A stretch of DNA of 64,000 bases from Mobula hypostoma (GCF_963921235.1 NC_086097.1:130388001-130452000), one strand, 5' to 3'; positions 1 through 12,115 are shown, numbered from the stretch's first letter. Translations and numbers: made by a program. The notes: generated by a model not told the origin, from the sequence alone.

Positions 1-189
1 TTTTGCTGTAGCAGTCCTAAACGAAAATCTGTGATAATTCCCATTGGAGCTGCATGCAAAGAGATGTCACTTGTAGGTGCCATCTTGAAGAATCAATTTA
101 GTAAACACATGGCTGTTCTGGTGCTTCGTGTATTTTGCTATATCCCCATTTACTCAGTATCCAAAACAGCTGAGCAATCACAGACTTTT

Positions 190-545
190 GGGAAAGAGAA
201 TTCTGAAGATGTATACCCTTTCTGCAAAGACTTTTCTCCTCACCTTTCTTTCACAGTGTGGCGTGGTGACTATTGCTATTGCTACCATACATCCCAGGCT
301 AGTCCATATTAGCTGACCTCTTTCCCTGTAGCTGTGTCCCTTAGTTATAGCACTCCAACATTTCAGCATTTACCCTTTTGAATTCACTCTGAATTTAGTA
401 AGTCTAGTTGAGATACTTTATTATTCTTTCAGACTCCAGTGAGATTTAAACCATCTCACTCAATGTCTTCACATAGGGCAAGTCTTTCTTCCCAGAAAGC
501 AATCAAGCAATTCTATACCATGTTCCAGCCAAGTATACCCTCATC
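190..545 (-). mobile_element. Highly decayed CR1-type LINE 3' fragment
   Basis: Resembles the reverse-strand CR1 3' regions elsewhere in the window (e.g. 18560-19100). No ORF. Confidence 0.4.
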
Positions 546-639
546 GTAATAATGTCAAAATCAAATTTATTCAGAGGACAGAGTGCTATTATCTATTTGA
601 TCAGGGTGGCCAGTCATATCCTCACTAACTCCTGAACCA

Positions 640-733
640 TCTGTGCTGCAAATACCGCAGGGGTGTATGGGGTGTCCAGGGAAGGGCAGCACCCCTGGAG
701 AAGGGGCTTGTCGTGTCCATCCTGGGACAGCCC
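640..733 (+). mobile_element. 5' part of an RTE-like non-autonomous element, probably continued at ~3510-3950
   Basis: GAAGGGGCTTGTCGTGTCC resembles RTE-clade 5' UTR heads. It ends abruptly where a Rex1 tail starts. Confidence 0.4.
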
Positions 734-3260
734 AAGTTCAAGTTTAGTTTATTGTTATATTGCTTATATTGTTTATTGTTATATTAGTTTAAATTTGTTA
801 TATTGCTACTTTAATACTGGTTTTATGGCTGTCATGCATCTGAGTTGTGCTTTGGTACTGCTGGACATTGCTTGTACTGGCTGGTTACTTGACTTTATTT
901 ATTGTTTGTTTATTTTATTTGTTGTTTTATAGCACTGAGTATGAGAGTTGCGAACTCATTTTTGCTGTATTGGTGCACGACAAATTGTACTATGCAATGA
1001 CAATAAAGATATTTCATTTCATATTGTCATGCAACCCGTACCTCTTACACATGTATACCACCAAATGAAACAAGGTGCACAACACAGCACCTATAACTTA
1101 CACACATACTGTAACACATTAAGTCATATCACCAAAAATAAATTTAAAAATAATAAAGTGCATATATTACAGAAGTTAAAAAGTAAACAGTATAATGGGA
1201 CTGCTGCTTCATACATGATGAGACCTGGTCGGCAGCAGGAAGTTCAGTAGTCTTATGCACTGGGGGATGAAGTTTTTTCCCCATCCTAACAGTCCTTGTC
1301 TTAATGTGATAGTACCTCCTGCTTGACGTAGGGGTTCAAAGAGATTGTTGGAAGGGCGGGAGGGATCACTGACAATGCCAAGGGCCCTGCATACACAGAG
1401 CACCTGATAAGTATCTCTGATGGGTGGAAGAGAGACCCCGATGATCCTTTGTCAGGACTTGTGGTCAGATCCCTTGCAATTGCCATACAGGAGGTGATGC
1501 AGCTTGTCAGGACACTCTCAATATTGCACCTGCAAAAACTGGTTAATGCTGGGGGGGCGGATGCGTGTGGGAACCTCGCTCTCCTTGATATCTTCAGTAA
1601 GTGGAAGCATTGCTGTACTTTCTTGACCAAAGAGGCGGTGTTGAGAGATCCGGTGAGATCTCCATTATGTGCACATCCAGGAACTTGGTGCTCCTAACTC
1701 TTTCCATGGAGGAGCCATACATGCGCCGTGAGGAATGGTCAGCCTGCACCTTCCTAAAGTCCACAATCAGCTCTTTGGTCTTGTCCACATCGACACTCAA
1801 GTTGTTGTTCTCCCACAGTTCTACCAGGAGTTCCATCTCCTCTCTGTAAGCTGTCTCGCTGTCATTATTGATGAGGCCCTCCACTGTTCTGTCATCAGCG
1901 AACTTGATGATTTAGTTTGATTGGATCTGGCAGTGCAGTTCTGGATCAGCAACAGGCTGAGCATGCAGCCCTGGGGAGCGTGATGGAGCTAGAGATGTTT
2001 CTGCCAACTGCAGATTGACTGTGCCCTTTCCGTCAAGAAGTCCAGGGTCCAGTTACAGAGGGAGGCATTCAGACACAACGAGGACGGTCTTCCCACCTGC
2101 TTCTAAGGGATGATCATATTAAACATCGAGCTGAAGTCGTGAGCATCCTGACATATGACACACCTTTTTCCAGGTGGGACAGGACGAAGTGGTGTGCATC
2201 ATCAGTGAGCTGATCTGAGCATTCAGAGAACTGGAAAGGGTCCAGTGTAGCAGGAAGACGGGATTTAACGCAATCCATAACCAGCTGCACAAAGCACTTT
2301 ATTATTGTTGAGGTCGTGGCCACTGGACAGGGTTGTTAAGGCAGGTTACTGTAGTCCCCTTGGGCACCAGGATAACGGTGCTACTTTGAAGCCTGAGGAG
2401 ACAGTGCACTGTTCCAGAGAGAAGTTAACGATGTCTGTTAGAACCTCTGTTAACTGGGCTGCAGACCCCATCCAGGTTACGTGATCAGGCCCAGAAGCTT
2501 TACGTGGGTTGACCCCAGCTAGGGCCTTCCCCACATCAGATGCGGCCACAGAGCCTGCTCCTCGGGGGGAGGGGGCCTTCCTTGCTGACACAGCACTCCG
2601 TGCATCAAACCGAGCGTAAAAGAGATTCACCCTATCGGGAAGAGAAGTGTCACTGTTGCTGATGTGCGGGGTGGACTCGCAGTCCATCCAGATCTGAACG
2701 CCCTGCCATATGCACCTCATGCCTCTGGTGTCACAGAAATGGCTGCATGTTCTCTGTGAATAACCCCGCTGTGCCTTCCTGATGGCGTGGTAGAGCTCAG
2801 CTCTTGCTGACCTGAGAACTGTCTTACTGCCCGCCCCCACCCCCGATCCCAATCTCTCAGCCGTGCCAGGATCTCTGCTGTCACCTGTAGCTTCTGATTT
2901 GCCCTCACAGAGACGTGTTCAATAACAGCAGCATCGTCAATGCAATTCTCTCTGTAGCCAGTCACAGATCTTGCATATTCATTTATGTTAATATGATGTC
3001 ACAGGTAGCTGCCTCTCTGAACATGTTCCGATCTGTGTTTGCAAAACTGACCTGTAATGTTGGAGTTGCTCCTTCTCAACAAGTCATAATGCAGGAATTA
3101 GCACAGCAGATAGGCGGTCAGAGAAACCAAGGTGAAGGTGGGGAGCAGCTTGGTATCCAGCGGAGATGTTGATATAAACCAGGTCTAATGTGTTCTCACC
3201 TCTGGTGGTAAGGTCAACATACTGATAGAATTTAATTAAGACTTAATTTAGCATGGCTGA
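733..3260 (-). mobile_element. Rex1/Babar-clade LINE, degraded ORF2 (endonuclease end, RT and C-terminus) plus 3' tail; a second plus-strand tail is nested at ~750-1020
   Basis: Minus-strand peptides with many frameshifts and stops: FYQYVDLTTRGENTLDL, VNPRKASGPD, IIKCFVQLVMD..LPATLDPFQF, GLINNDSETAYREEM..NNLSVDVDKTKELIVDFRK, CNIESVLTSCITS. Confidence 0.9.
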
Positions 3261-3269
3261 AGCCAAAGA

Positions 3270-3420
3270 GTTCAAATAGGTTCAAAGTAGATTTATTATC
3301 AAAGTGCATATATGTCACCATAAAGAACCCTGAGATTCATTTTCTTGTGGGCATATTCTATAAATCCAAAAACCATAATAGCATCAGTGAAACAACAGGG
3401 CGGACCGCCAGCATGCAAAA
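3270..3420 (-). mobile_element. Rex1-family 3' tail fragment
   Basis: TTCAAAGTAGATTTATTATCAAAGTGCATATATGTCACCAT is the reverse complement of the tails at ~38750-38800 and ~62760-62810. Confidence 0.75.
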
Positions 3421-3509
3421 GTCACCATCAACAATAAAGAAGCCATTGAGGTGTGTGGATTGTAAAGCTCATGCAGTGCTTCCCCAGCATTGGCACAGGG
3501 TGGGGGAGT

Positions 3510-3950
3510 GCTCAGTCACCTTTGGTCCATTCTGAACATTCGACTCTCACTTATAGCTCCAAGTAGTTGTTTCCATGCACTGCTTCAACAGGTGGGTTAA
3601 AGCAAGTGAGGGTAGCCAGCAACCTCATATCCCGGTGAGATAGGGATGTGCCTGTTCTAGCGAGTGAAGTCAGTTCCAGTAAGCTGGGCAGATGAGATCA
3701 GCAGTGAGATCCGACGGCCAGGAAGGCAGTACTGTAATGCTTTGTGGAGAGTGAAGGGCATGACAAGGCACAGAAGATATCATGGTCCTCCACCGCAACC
3801 AAGGAAGACCCCAGATGTGATGACTACTTGTACCACTGGACCTGGACCTCTGAGGTTGAGAGAGTGGAACTGCCCCAGTGCAACAGCTTTTCCACTTTAA
3901 GAACTCTCCAACATAGGTCTCCTGTCATTGTTGGATACGATGGACAACCA
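3510..3950 (+). mobile_element. RTE-like non-autonomous element, 3' portion
   Basis: GC-richer non-coding block resembling RTE-derived short elements. Likely the continuation of 640-733. Confidence 0.4.
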
Positions 3951-5384
3951 ACAAAGCTTTCAACTCTTCTTACAGCAGAAGAGTACCAAACAGCTTTATT
4001 GCAGAGTTGGAGGAAGGTGATTGTCCATGAACTGAGTGATTGTTTGGCATTTTACTAACACTGTGACATTAGCTGCAGACTTTTAGGTAATGAGTTGGGG
4101 CAGAAGTAAATTCCCACCCCCTACTCCAGCCATTTAATTAACGCAATGAATAAATTTACAATGTTGTTTTATCCTGGATATATTATGCTAACATCAATCT
4201 CTAATTGTCACCACCATAAATAAACTTCATCTATTGGAGTCTATCTTTAGCAGAATTCCTGCTCTACCCTAACCCTTGATGCAAGATCTTTTTAGTTTTC
4301 ACACTTAAATAAAACAAAATATTTGGTCAATAAGAATAATTGCAAGCAGCTTGGTGAAGCAGTGTAATGGAAAATTGTTGTTTAAATCAAACCACTGTCC
4401 TTGAGAAATCTGTATCTCAGTCAAGAGAATGTGAGATTAGGAATCCCTCAGTAGAGATAGACTCCTGGGATAATATTGTTGACTAGCTCAGAGCAGTGCC
4501 TGTGGGATCCCAGCAGTAGGTCATTGAACCTCTCCCTATCTCAACTAGGGACTGAATACAAGACCCACAGGGAGAGAATAATTACAGGGTAAAACAAGGC
4601 TGAAGTTTAGATTAAAATATAAGATTTTTAGCAAGATAACTCTTAAATCTGAAGGTTGCTTCAGATCAGAAAAAATGCACAAAAATTAGAAGAAAGATAT
4701 ATTATGGGGTTGTATTGTAGTCATTAACTTCTCTCATAGCACTGATTATAAATTGAAATAACTTTGTAATTACTGTACCAAGGTCTCCAAAAAGGGTATT
4801 ATCGCTATTATTATCCTTATTGTTAATTATTTGTTGCAATGACAAATTTCTGCTTTCTTAGTGGCCGAATGGTTTGTTGTTTCATTTCTTGAATAGATGT
4901 CCGCGCGCACGTGTGTGTACATACATTACCAATGCTTATGACAAGCGATTTTAAATCCTTGGAGGTTCATTGTTGAATCACTGGGCTTGGCACACACCTG
5001 AGCTAATGTGTATGACTCTGATTGGTTAAATTCTGCCATAGTGTGAGTCATCTGATATGTGATAATTATTTGATTGTTCTACTGCCTGTGGCTTAAAGAT
5101 GGGCCTTTGAATGCTTTATTGGCGCCTACTATCCATACATAGTCTAAGCAGTGATTGTTGACAACTGCTGCTTGTGAACTACAATAATAAATAGCAGGTT
5201 TCTTTTTTTAAAGTCAAAACAAATGCAACATTGACATCAAATTAGGCATAAAAACATTATTACTTGAAGAGGAAGGGAAGCAATTGTGATTTGATGGGTT
5301 TTGTGGTCAGAAATACAAAAACGTTCCCACTTAGTGATTCCAACTTATCACACGTGCGTGGACCACAGAATATGGTTTATTGGA

Positions 5385-5600
5385 TGGCACTCTTGCTTTC
5401 AGGTCTGTAGCATTAAGACCTGCACCAGAGGGTAGAGTAAAATAAAACAGAGCTGATATTTTGATTCAATCTTGAGGGAATGCGGCCTCCTTCGCGAAAA
5501 CTTAACCTGAAATATTCCTATTTTCCTCCTTAGGTTACATAAAGGATCCCACAGCCATACTTTAGCAGAGTTGTCTGTAATATCCCCTCAAATGGATTAA
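5385..5600 (+). mobile_element. Decayed Deu-domain SINE (SacSINE1-like)
   Basis: TGAGGGAATGC ... TAAAGGATCCCACAGCCATACTT resembles the Deu-domain consensus. Confidence 0.45.
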
Positions 5601-5639
5601 GGAATGCTCTGGATCTTCAGGTAGGATTCAACAATTCTT

Positions 5640-5726
5640 CAGGCAGCATCTGAAAAAGGGTCTCAGCTTGAAATGTCGACTCTTCATTCATTTCCATAGA
5701 TGTTGCCTAACCTGCTGAGTTCCTCT

Positions 5727-5763
<37 letters not shown>

Positions 5764-5800
5764 GCTCTGGGTTTCCAGCATCTGCAGACTTCCTCATGTT
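5640..5800 (+). mobile_element. Penelope-derived short element with a decayed hammerhead motif
   Basis: CTGAAAAAGGGTCTCAGCTTGAAATGTCGAC..CATAGATGTTGCCTAACCTGCTGAGTTCC is homologous to the 3' ends at 23094-23195 and 26136-26266. Confidence 0.8.
5732..5762. repeat. (TG)n microsatellite, about 15 units
   Basis: Seen directly. It sits where the TTGTGTGTGTTGC motif of the Penelope-derived tail normally lies. Confidence 0.95.
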
Positions 5801-5989
5801 AATAATCAATGATGCTCAACATTTAACACTCAAATGATATGCCAATTCAATGTACAAGTTCCTGTTCTGGACTGACTGCTCCAGTTAATGTTACTGTGTA
5901 TCACATATCTTTATAACCAGAATACTATATATGGTAATTTAATGGAGACTTTTTAACAAGGCAAAATTACCTATCATTTTTAGTAAACC

Positions 5990-7020
5990 ACAGCACAGCA
6001 ACGTTGTATAATTTACAAACTGACTATAGTTTCAGTCCCATCCCAGGTTTACAAGAGTTGGTAAATTTTCTCAATCGATGTGTTTCCAGCTCAGAGGAAA
6101 TGGTCTCACTTGCAAACCTGTCTCAACAATCATGGACAAAGGGCTCATTTGTTGGAGCCATTCTGCTGTTTGAATTAGTCTTTCTGTAAGAGTGGGCCTC
6201 ACAATGACTTTGTTATTATTGCTCCCACTGTTGTTGAGGAGTTTGACAATGTGGTGGTGCCAGTTCTGGAATGCAATCTGATTCATAATCCATAAGAAAC
6301 TACATTCAGACTGAATTATGTATCTCTCTCCCTAGAACCATATGAACCTGGGGCACTCATCTGATTCCAACAGCAGTCTGAATGTGATACAAAAAAGAAC
6401 AATTTTCCACCCGTCTGCATTTATTTTGCTCCTGGTTCAGTAGAGTTGACAAACAACCTGTCCTCCAGGCCTTGTCCATCAAGTTTGGGCTTTTGTAATA
6501 TTTTGCTTTTACAATGGGTAAAATCACACATTGTCTATTTTATATCAGCAGGATAATGTTTGCAGAGTATCCCTTGAATATGTTCTGAATTGATCTCTGC
6601 TTGTCTTTAGGGGAGATTCTGTAAATCAGTTTACTGGATAAGAATAGCATAGTTGGTCTTCACGTCGGACTTGTTACTGATTAAAACCTGTGTCTTGAAA
6701 CATTGATTCACTTGGTTTTCTCTTTGTTCACTTACAGCATGCGATCTGTCTATGGGAATTTCTTTATCATTGCCAAGATCTGCACAATGCTTCTTCAGTC
6801 TGGGTGGTGACCTGCAAGTTGCTGCAATATGGCTCTTACACGGACATATGAGCAGCTGATGGTTTGAGTTTGCATTGCTGTTCTGGTTGATTGCCATTGC
6901 GTCTTGGATCAGCAGGCTCTGTCAACCTGATTAGTTGGCATAGTCTGTTATGTAGGGCTATAACGAAGTCTATTATGAGCCACTTGGAAATAGAGCTCTG
7001 ATGAGTTGAACGTTCCAATC
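5990..7020 (-). mobile_element. Very old RTE-clade LINE ORF remnant (endonuclease end and linker)
   Basis: Minus-strand peptides in the expected RTE order: KWLIIDFVIA (cf. WHxIDYVIV), NSNHQLL (cf. TDHRLL), WHHHIVKLLN (cf. RWxEHFxxLLN), AGNTSIEKIYQLL*TW (cf. AGG..EKLHQLF..IW). Confidence 0.55.
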
Positions 7021-7439
7021 TTCATTAAAGTTGCTGTCTGACGGTCTTTCTCAGAAGTAAATTCACACGCCAAATGACTTTAAATCCTTTCATCGGTGAG
7101 TTCACAAATTAACATGTTTTTTTAATGGCTCTGCTATGAAACTTTTGAAAGCTGCAAAGAGACATTCTTCAATGGCACACCAGAATTACAGACAGATTCA
7201 CTGTATCTTTGATTTTGTGTCGCAAACTTATCACCTTTGGTTATCTTTAAAGATATAGGGTTGAGGTGCTCCTTTAAGTTCTGATTAATTTGATTAAGTT
7301 CTGGTTTAGTATGGTACTGATGAAGGATAGTGACTTAATAGCAGAAAAAAACTGCTAATTACTTAATCACATATTTTCTCAGAAACGATCACTGCAATCA
7401 ATAGCTTGCAACTTCCCTTTCAGAACTGAGCATTTGAAC

Positions 7440-8010
7440 CTCCTGTACAACCTGCATTTTTGGGCGTGAACTTAGGTCTAGAAGGTGTGGGATGGTTGCA
7501 GTGTGGCATGTACCGGCCAAATCGAGGCAGCAGGGCATGGGCCTAAAAACAGGAAATGAGCCGATTTTTGGCTGCTGGAGCGGACTTGGAGGCGATCTGA
7601 AGTGGCAGAACTGAGGCACGGCTGAGTTGAGGCAGTGGCGCGCGAGAATGAGGAATAAGCCAGTGTTTGATCGATTTAAACGCCAGGGTGTAGGAGGCCA
7701 GAGGAGAGGGACAGACTGGTGTTCAGCTCGCTGCTCGGGGTGGCTTACCCATCTTTGTGATGAACTGAGGCTGTGGCTTACAACTAACTGGCTCCAGGAC
7801 TGATTGCACCGATGACTGGTTTTGTGGCTGTGGGACTCACTTTCGTGAACTTCAGTTCTGAATGTTATTTGCTTACTTTTATTGTTCTCATTATTTGTTT
7901 TTTTCTGCACATTGGCTATATGACGGTCTTCTTTTTTTAATGCGTTATATTGGGTTTCTTTGTTTTGTGGCTGCCTGTAAGATTGTATATGTACTTTGAA
8001 ACTTTTATGT
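7440..8010 (+). mobile_element. Non-autonomous retroelement with a GC-rich body and a Rex1-type 3' tail
   Basis: GGACTCACTTTC...TGCACATTGG...TATATGTACTTTGA matches the Rex1 tails at 38540-38800 and 43786-44040. Confidence 0.6.
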
Positions 8011-9184
8011 TTGTACCACCTTTGCCAAGACTGTGTATTTTGAGATAAATTCTTAAATTGCTTTGTTAACCACTGCCATTCATTTCTATACATCGCAAAT
8101 GACTCCAAATCCTGATAGAAAGCGCTTGGTTTCCCAATATTAAGAAATGAAGTAGCCTTCCTGTTATATTCTTCAAATTCTGTTGGTGCTCCTAGTAATG
8201 ATGACAGATACAATTGTGGAAAGTTAGAGGGTCTGTTAATTCAATTATCTCACTGTTCTGTCCACTGAGCCACTGGCAAAATTTTCTTCAGCATGATTCC
8301 CACTTCACAAAAAAATGTCAGGAGGCTTGTGATCCATTCTCCCGCTGTAGATTAAAACTGCCTCACGACATGTGCATCATTACAGGCCCTGTGTGATGAT
8401 GGTACCGCGGTCCTTACAGTCTCTAGATTATTTATAAAACTCAACACTTAATATCTAAATTAACTCCGTTAATACTACAAATTTTTAATCCAGACTGGCT
8501 GTTGTTGTGATTATTGCAAATTGGAAATATCACATAACTACTTGTCCAATATGAGAACAGCACAGGGAAGGGACTGTATTATTCCAGATGTCTGGCTAAT
8601 ATTTAGTTATCTGTTAATATTAAATTGTTTTCCATGGAAGCTTGAAATATGAAAATTGGTTACAAAAATATTTAATTGGCTGACACTTACGATGGGAGAT
8701 CCTGTGTTCACGTTCAGTGCTATTCAAATGCAAAGTGCTCTCACTTGCACGAAAAAACAATTTTTAAAATAAATTCGTAACTTAATCTCACTCTAAGGTA
8801 ACTCCAGAAATAATGCTCAAAGGCTATATGAGGTCATTCATGCCAATAATAACAGCTTCTTTTTGTCAGCTCATAGATTATTTCAACATTGATTTCACTC
8901 AGAAACACTTCTCTTTTGGTGGGATACTGTTATTATCATTTGCTTTATTTTAAAATTAATCTGAATGCCAGCACATTCATCTTATCTCAATACTTTTTAT
9001 GTGTTATAACCTTTGCTCATTTCCCACCTTCTTGCAAACACTCCCTCTCCACTAACAAAAACTGAGAGAAATGAGGACTAGTGCAAGCTTCCTGAATGGT
9101 GCCCATCACCTACCTGAAACTTGCGCAGACTCAGCACCAATTAGTGTCAGTCCAGCAGCTGAGTTAAGATGACAGCTTAACTCA

Positions 9185-9480
9185 TGGTAGTGCAGCAGTT
9201 AGTGGAATGCTTTATAGTGGCAGTGATCACTGATCGGGATTCAGTTCTGTCACTGTCTGTAAGAACTTTGCACATTCTCCCCCTGACTGAGTGGGTTTCC
9301 TCCCACACTCCAAAACCTTATGGGTTAGGGTTAGTGGGTTAATACATTGGTGAAGGAAGCATGGTGGCAGCCTCCAACACATTCTTGAACTGTGTTGTCT
9401 GTTGACACAAACAATGCATTTCTCTGTGTGCTCTGATGTTTGAATGTACATATGACAAATACAGCTAATCTTTAAACTCA
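9185..9480 (+). mobile_element. tRNA-derived SINE (HE1-like head and core)
   Basis: TGGTAGTGCAGCAGTTAG...GGGATTCAGTTC...TTTGCACATTCTCCCC...GGGTTTCCTCCCACACTCCAAA. Confidence 0.75.
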
Positions 9481-9639
9481 TCTGCTCCAGTCCACTATGT
9501 CAAAAATTTTCAGAGGGATTCACTTCATATATTGTCCGTTTTTGCATTCTTTAATAGATAAATTAGTCATTGCAAAATATTGTCAAAAGGATGTCATCTG
9601 ACCTAGTGTGTGCTATACAATAAATCTCAAACCCACATG

Positions 9640-9900
9640 ATCTTAACTGAAGCCACCTCTGCTCTCTCCAGTGGGTCTAAAAGGTCCCAAAGTACAATTT
9701 CAATGAAAAGTGAATATCTCTGCTTTCTGAAATGCTATTTATCTATGAAACCCTAAAACAAAATATCTGACTAGTTCTTTGTTGCCCTCTGTGGGATCTT
9801 GCTCTGAATAAACTGGTGACTGCGATTTCAGGGACTACAAAAGTACTTAATTAGTTTTTGAGTTGACCTTAAAATTCTAATGAAATGCAAGGCCTCCCTT
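9640..9900 (+). mobile_element. Decayed Deu-domain SINE
   Basis: TGTGGGATCTTGCTCTG..CAAAAGTACTTAATT..AAATGCAAG, as in the copy at 48700-49105. Confidence 0.55.
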
Positions 9901-9934
9901 TCTTCACAACTTTGCAGTTTTTTTTATGTATTTA

Positions 9935-10522
9935 CAGTGCTCCTTGGGTTACACAAGGTCGTATGGAAATTTGACATTACGCAAATTCTCTTATTCAGTT
10001 TTAAAGAATTTTTTTTCAAGATGTAGTAAAGTAAAATATACTTTGTGGTATTCATTAACAACTGGATACAGTACATAATTCATTGATATAATTATGAGTA
10101 GTGATATGGTGAAGAGGAAGAGTTACAGGAACAGGAACTCTTATAGTTATAGGAACTCTTTATCTCTTTTACCAATCGACTTCCCAGCTCTTTACTTCAC
10201 CCCTCAACTAACACGTTGTACTTCTTCCTCCCCTCCCCCCCACTTTCTTGCTCTTCTCATTTCTTTTTTCCAGTCTGGATGAAAGGTCTCAGCCCAAAAC
10301 AGGTCGACTGTTTACTCTTTTCCATAGATGCTGCCTGGCCTGCTGAGTTCCTCCAGCATTTTGTGTATGTTACTTTGATTTACAGCATCTGCAGATTTTC
10401 TCTTGTATGCAGAGTGATACGATATAGTTAGCTATAGAAAGGGGATGTTTCTGACTTTCAGAAAAATCATCTTATGGACAATTCTCAGGGGCAGAACCCT
10501 TCTATAATCCAGGGACTGCCTG
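9935..10522. mobile_element. Old Tigger/pogo-like non-autonomous DNA element, interrupted by a Penelope-derived insert
   Basis: Left end TA|CAGTGCTCCTTGGGTTAC and right end TAATCCAGGGACTGCCTG form degenerate terminal inverted repeats. Confidence 0.4.
10165..10410 (+). mobile_element. Penelope-derived 3' fragment with a decayed hammerhead motif
   Basis: Pyrimidine tract, then CAGTCTGGATGAAAGGTCTCAGCCCAAAACAGGTCGACTG, then CATAGATGCTGCCTGGCCTGCTGAGTTCCTCCAGC. Confidence 0.85.
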
Positions 10523-10819
10523 TCTTGCCCAGAATTTTATATCTGGGCCTCCTAGTCCTTGAACCATCCATCATTATCTCTCATCAAAGGTGATCAAAGG
10601 TAAACCAGCCACCTTGAACAAACTTCCTCTTAATTGTCTTTTGCTCTAACTCTTTTCTTTATGCAATTAAGCCAGCTCTTCTTCCTCAGAGCAATGAGAG
10701 AAAATATGATTCCGTTAGATCTATGCTGCTGTTGCCCGATCTATGGTTGTGCTTAAGTCAGCAGGAGCCAATAAACTTCTAATAGGAAGAAATCAGCATT
10801 AATTAATTAGGCTAATTAG

Positions 10820-11710
10820 GCTACAGATGTGCAGTAGCGAACATCCTAACATGCTGCATCATTGCACGGTATGGAAACTTCACTGCAGCAGACAGAAAGG
10901 CTCTACAGCAGGTAGTCAAAACTGCCCAACGCATCACTGGCATCAGCCTACCCACCATCAAGGACATACTTACAGAAATATGCTGGAAAGGGGCCAGTAA
11001 CATCATGAAGGATCCAAACCACTCTGCTCATGACTGTTTGTCCCACTCCCATCAGGGTGGAGGCTACATAGCATCCATACTAGGACCACGAAACTCAAAA
11101 ACAGTTACTTTCCCCAAGCAGTAAGGCTGATCAACACCTCCACACACTAACCCACCACTCGACAGCCCTCAAAACCACTACTTTATCATTTCCAGTCAGT
11201 CACTCCGTGCCTAGCTTCACTTTACAGATGAGGAGACACTGGCAAATTTCTACAGATGTAACGTGGGGAGCATTCTAACTGGCTGCATCACCGTCTGGTA
11301 TGGGGGGAGCAGCTAATGCACAGGATTGAAATAAACTGCCGGGATTAGTAAACTTAGTCAGCTCCATCATGGGCACTAGCATCTGTGGTATCCCGGACAC
11401 CTTCAAGGAGCGATGCCTCAAAAAAGTGGCATCCAACGTTAAGGACCCCGATCACCCAGGTCAAGCCTTGTTTTCATTGTTACCATCAGGAAGGAGGTAC
11501 AGAAGCATGAAGGCACACACTCAAAGATTCAAGAATAGCTTCTTCCCTTCTGTCATCTTATTGCTGAATATGTATATATTATACATATACTTACTGTAAT
11601 TCAAAGTATTTTTCTCAAATATTATGTATTGCATTGTATTTCTGCCACAAAGTCAACACATTCCAAGACATTTCTAAATTGGAAATGACATTAAACAATC
11701 TTGATTCTTT
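10820..11710 (+). mobile_element. Two adjacent Rex1/Babar LINE 3' fragments (~10820-11210 and ~11235-11710)
   Basis: Peptides ILTCCIIARYGN..DRKALQQVVKTAQRITG and FKERCLKKVASNVKDPDHPGQALFSLLPSGRRYRSMKAHTQRFKNSFFPS. Confidence 0.9.
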
Positions 11711-11879
11711 CATATTATTGAATCTAACCAATATATAAGAAAAGCAAAGCTCACTAAGGTCTCGTTAGAAGAGTTTGTAATAAAAATACTTGGTGTGATG
11801 AGGTGCTAGATGTTTACTTCATCTGAGCATGAGATAATATCCCTAAAACTCTGCAATAACAGGAACAGTTAACAGTCTC

Positions 11880-12115
11880 TTTGCCTCTAGGTGGTAATAG
11901 GACTATTTGCAAATCTGAGGATGCATTGCTTTTGCTCAAAGCAGCGGGGCAACAACTGAGGAAGTCTGCTTGTGCATTCCCAGGCAGCTGCTTTCACTTC
12001 GCAGTGCAAGTGACGAGGGATAAACAATTTCTCCAGATTTTCCCTGACGGTTGTGCAAAAGCCGGTTGGAATCCGAAAGCAGTATTTGTCCCCGGGGACC
12101 TATTTGCAAATGCAC
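11880..12115. promoter_or_regulatory. Candidate enhancer/insulator (dense transcription-factor motif cluster)
   Basis: CTCF-like TGCCTCTAGGTGGTA, two ATTTGCAAAT, GAGGAAGT, CAGCTG, CTTTCACTTC and GTCCCCGGGGAC in about 230 bp of non-repeat sequence. Confidence 0.4.

Noticed and set aside
7398..8213. Longest ORF (271 aa, minus strand)
   Set aside because: It runs antisense through a repeat and its T-rich tail, starts at a non-ATG codon, and has no recognisable domain.
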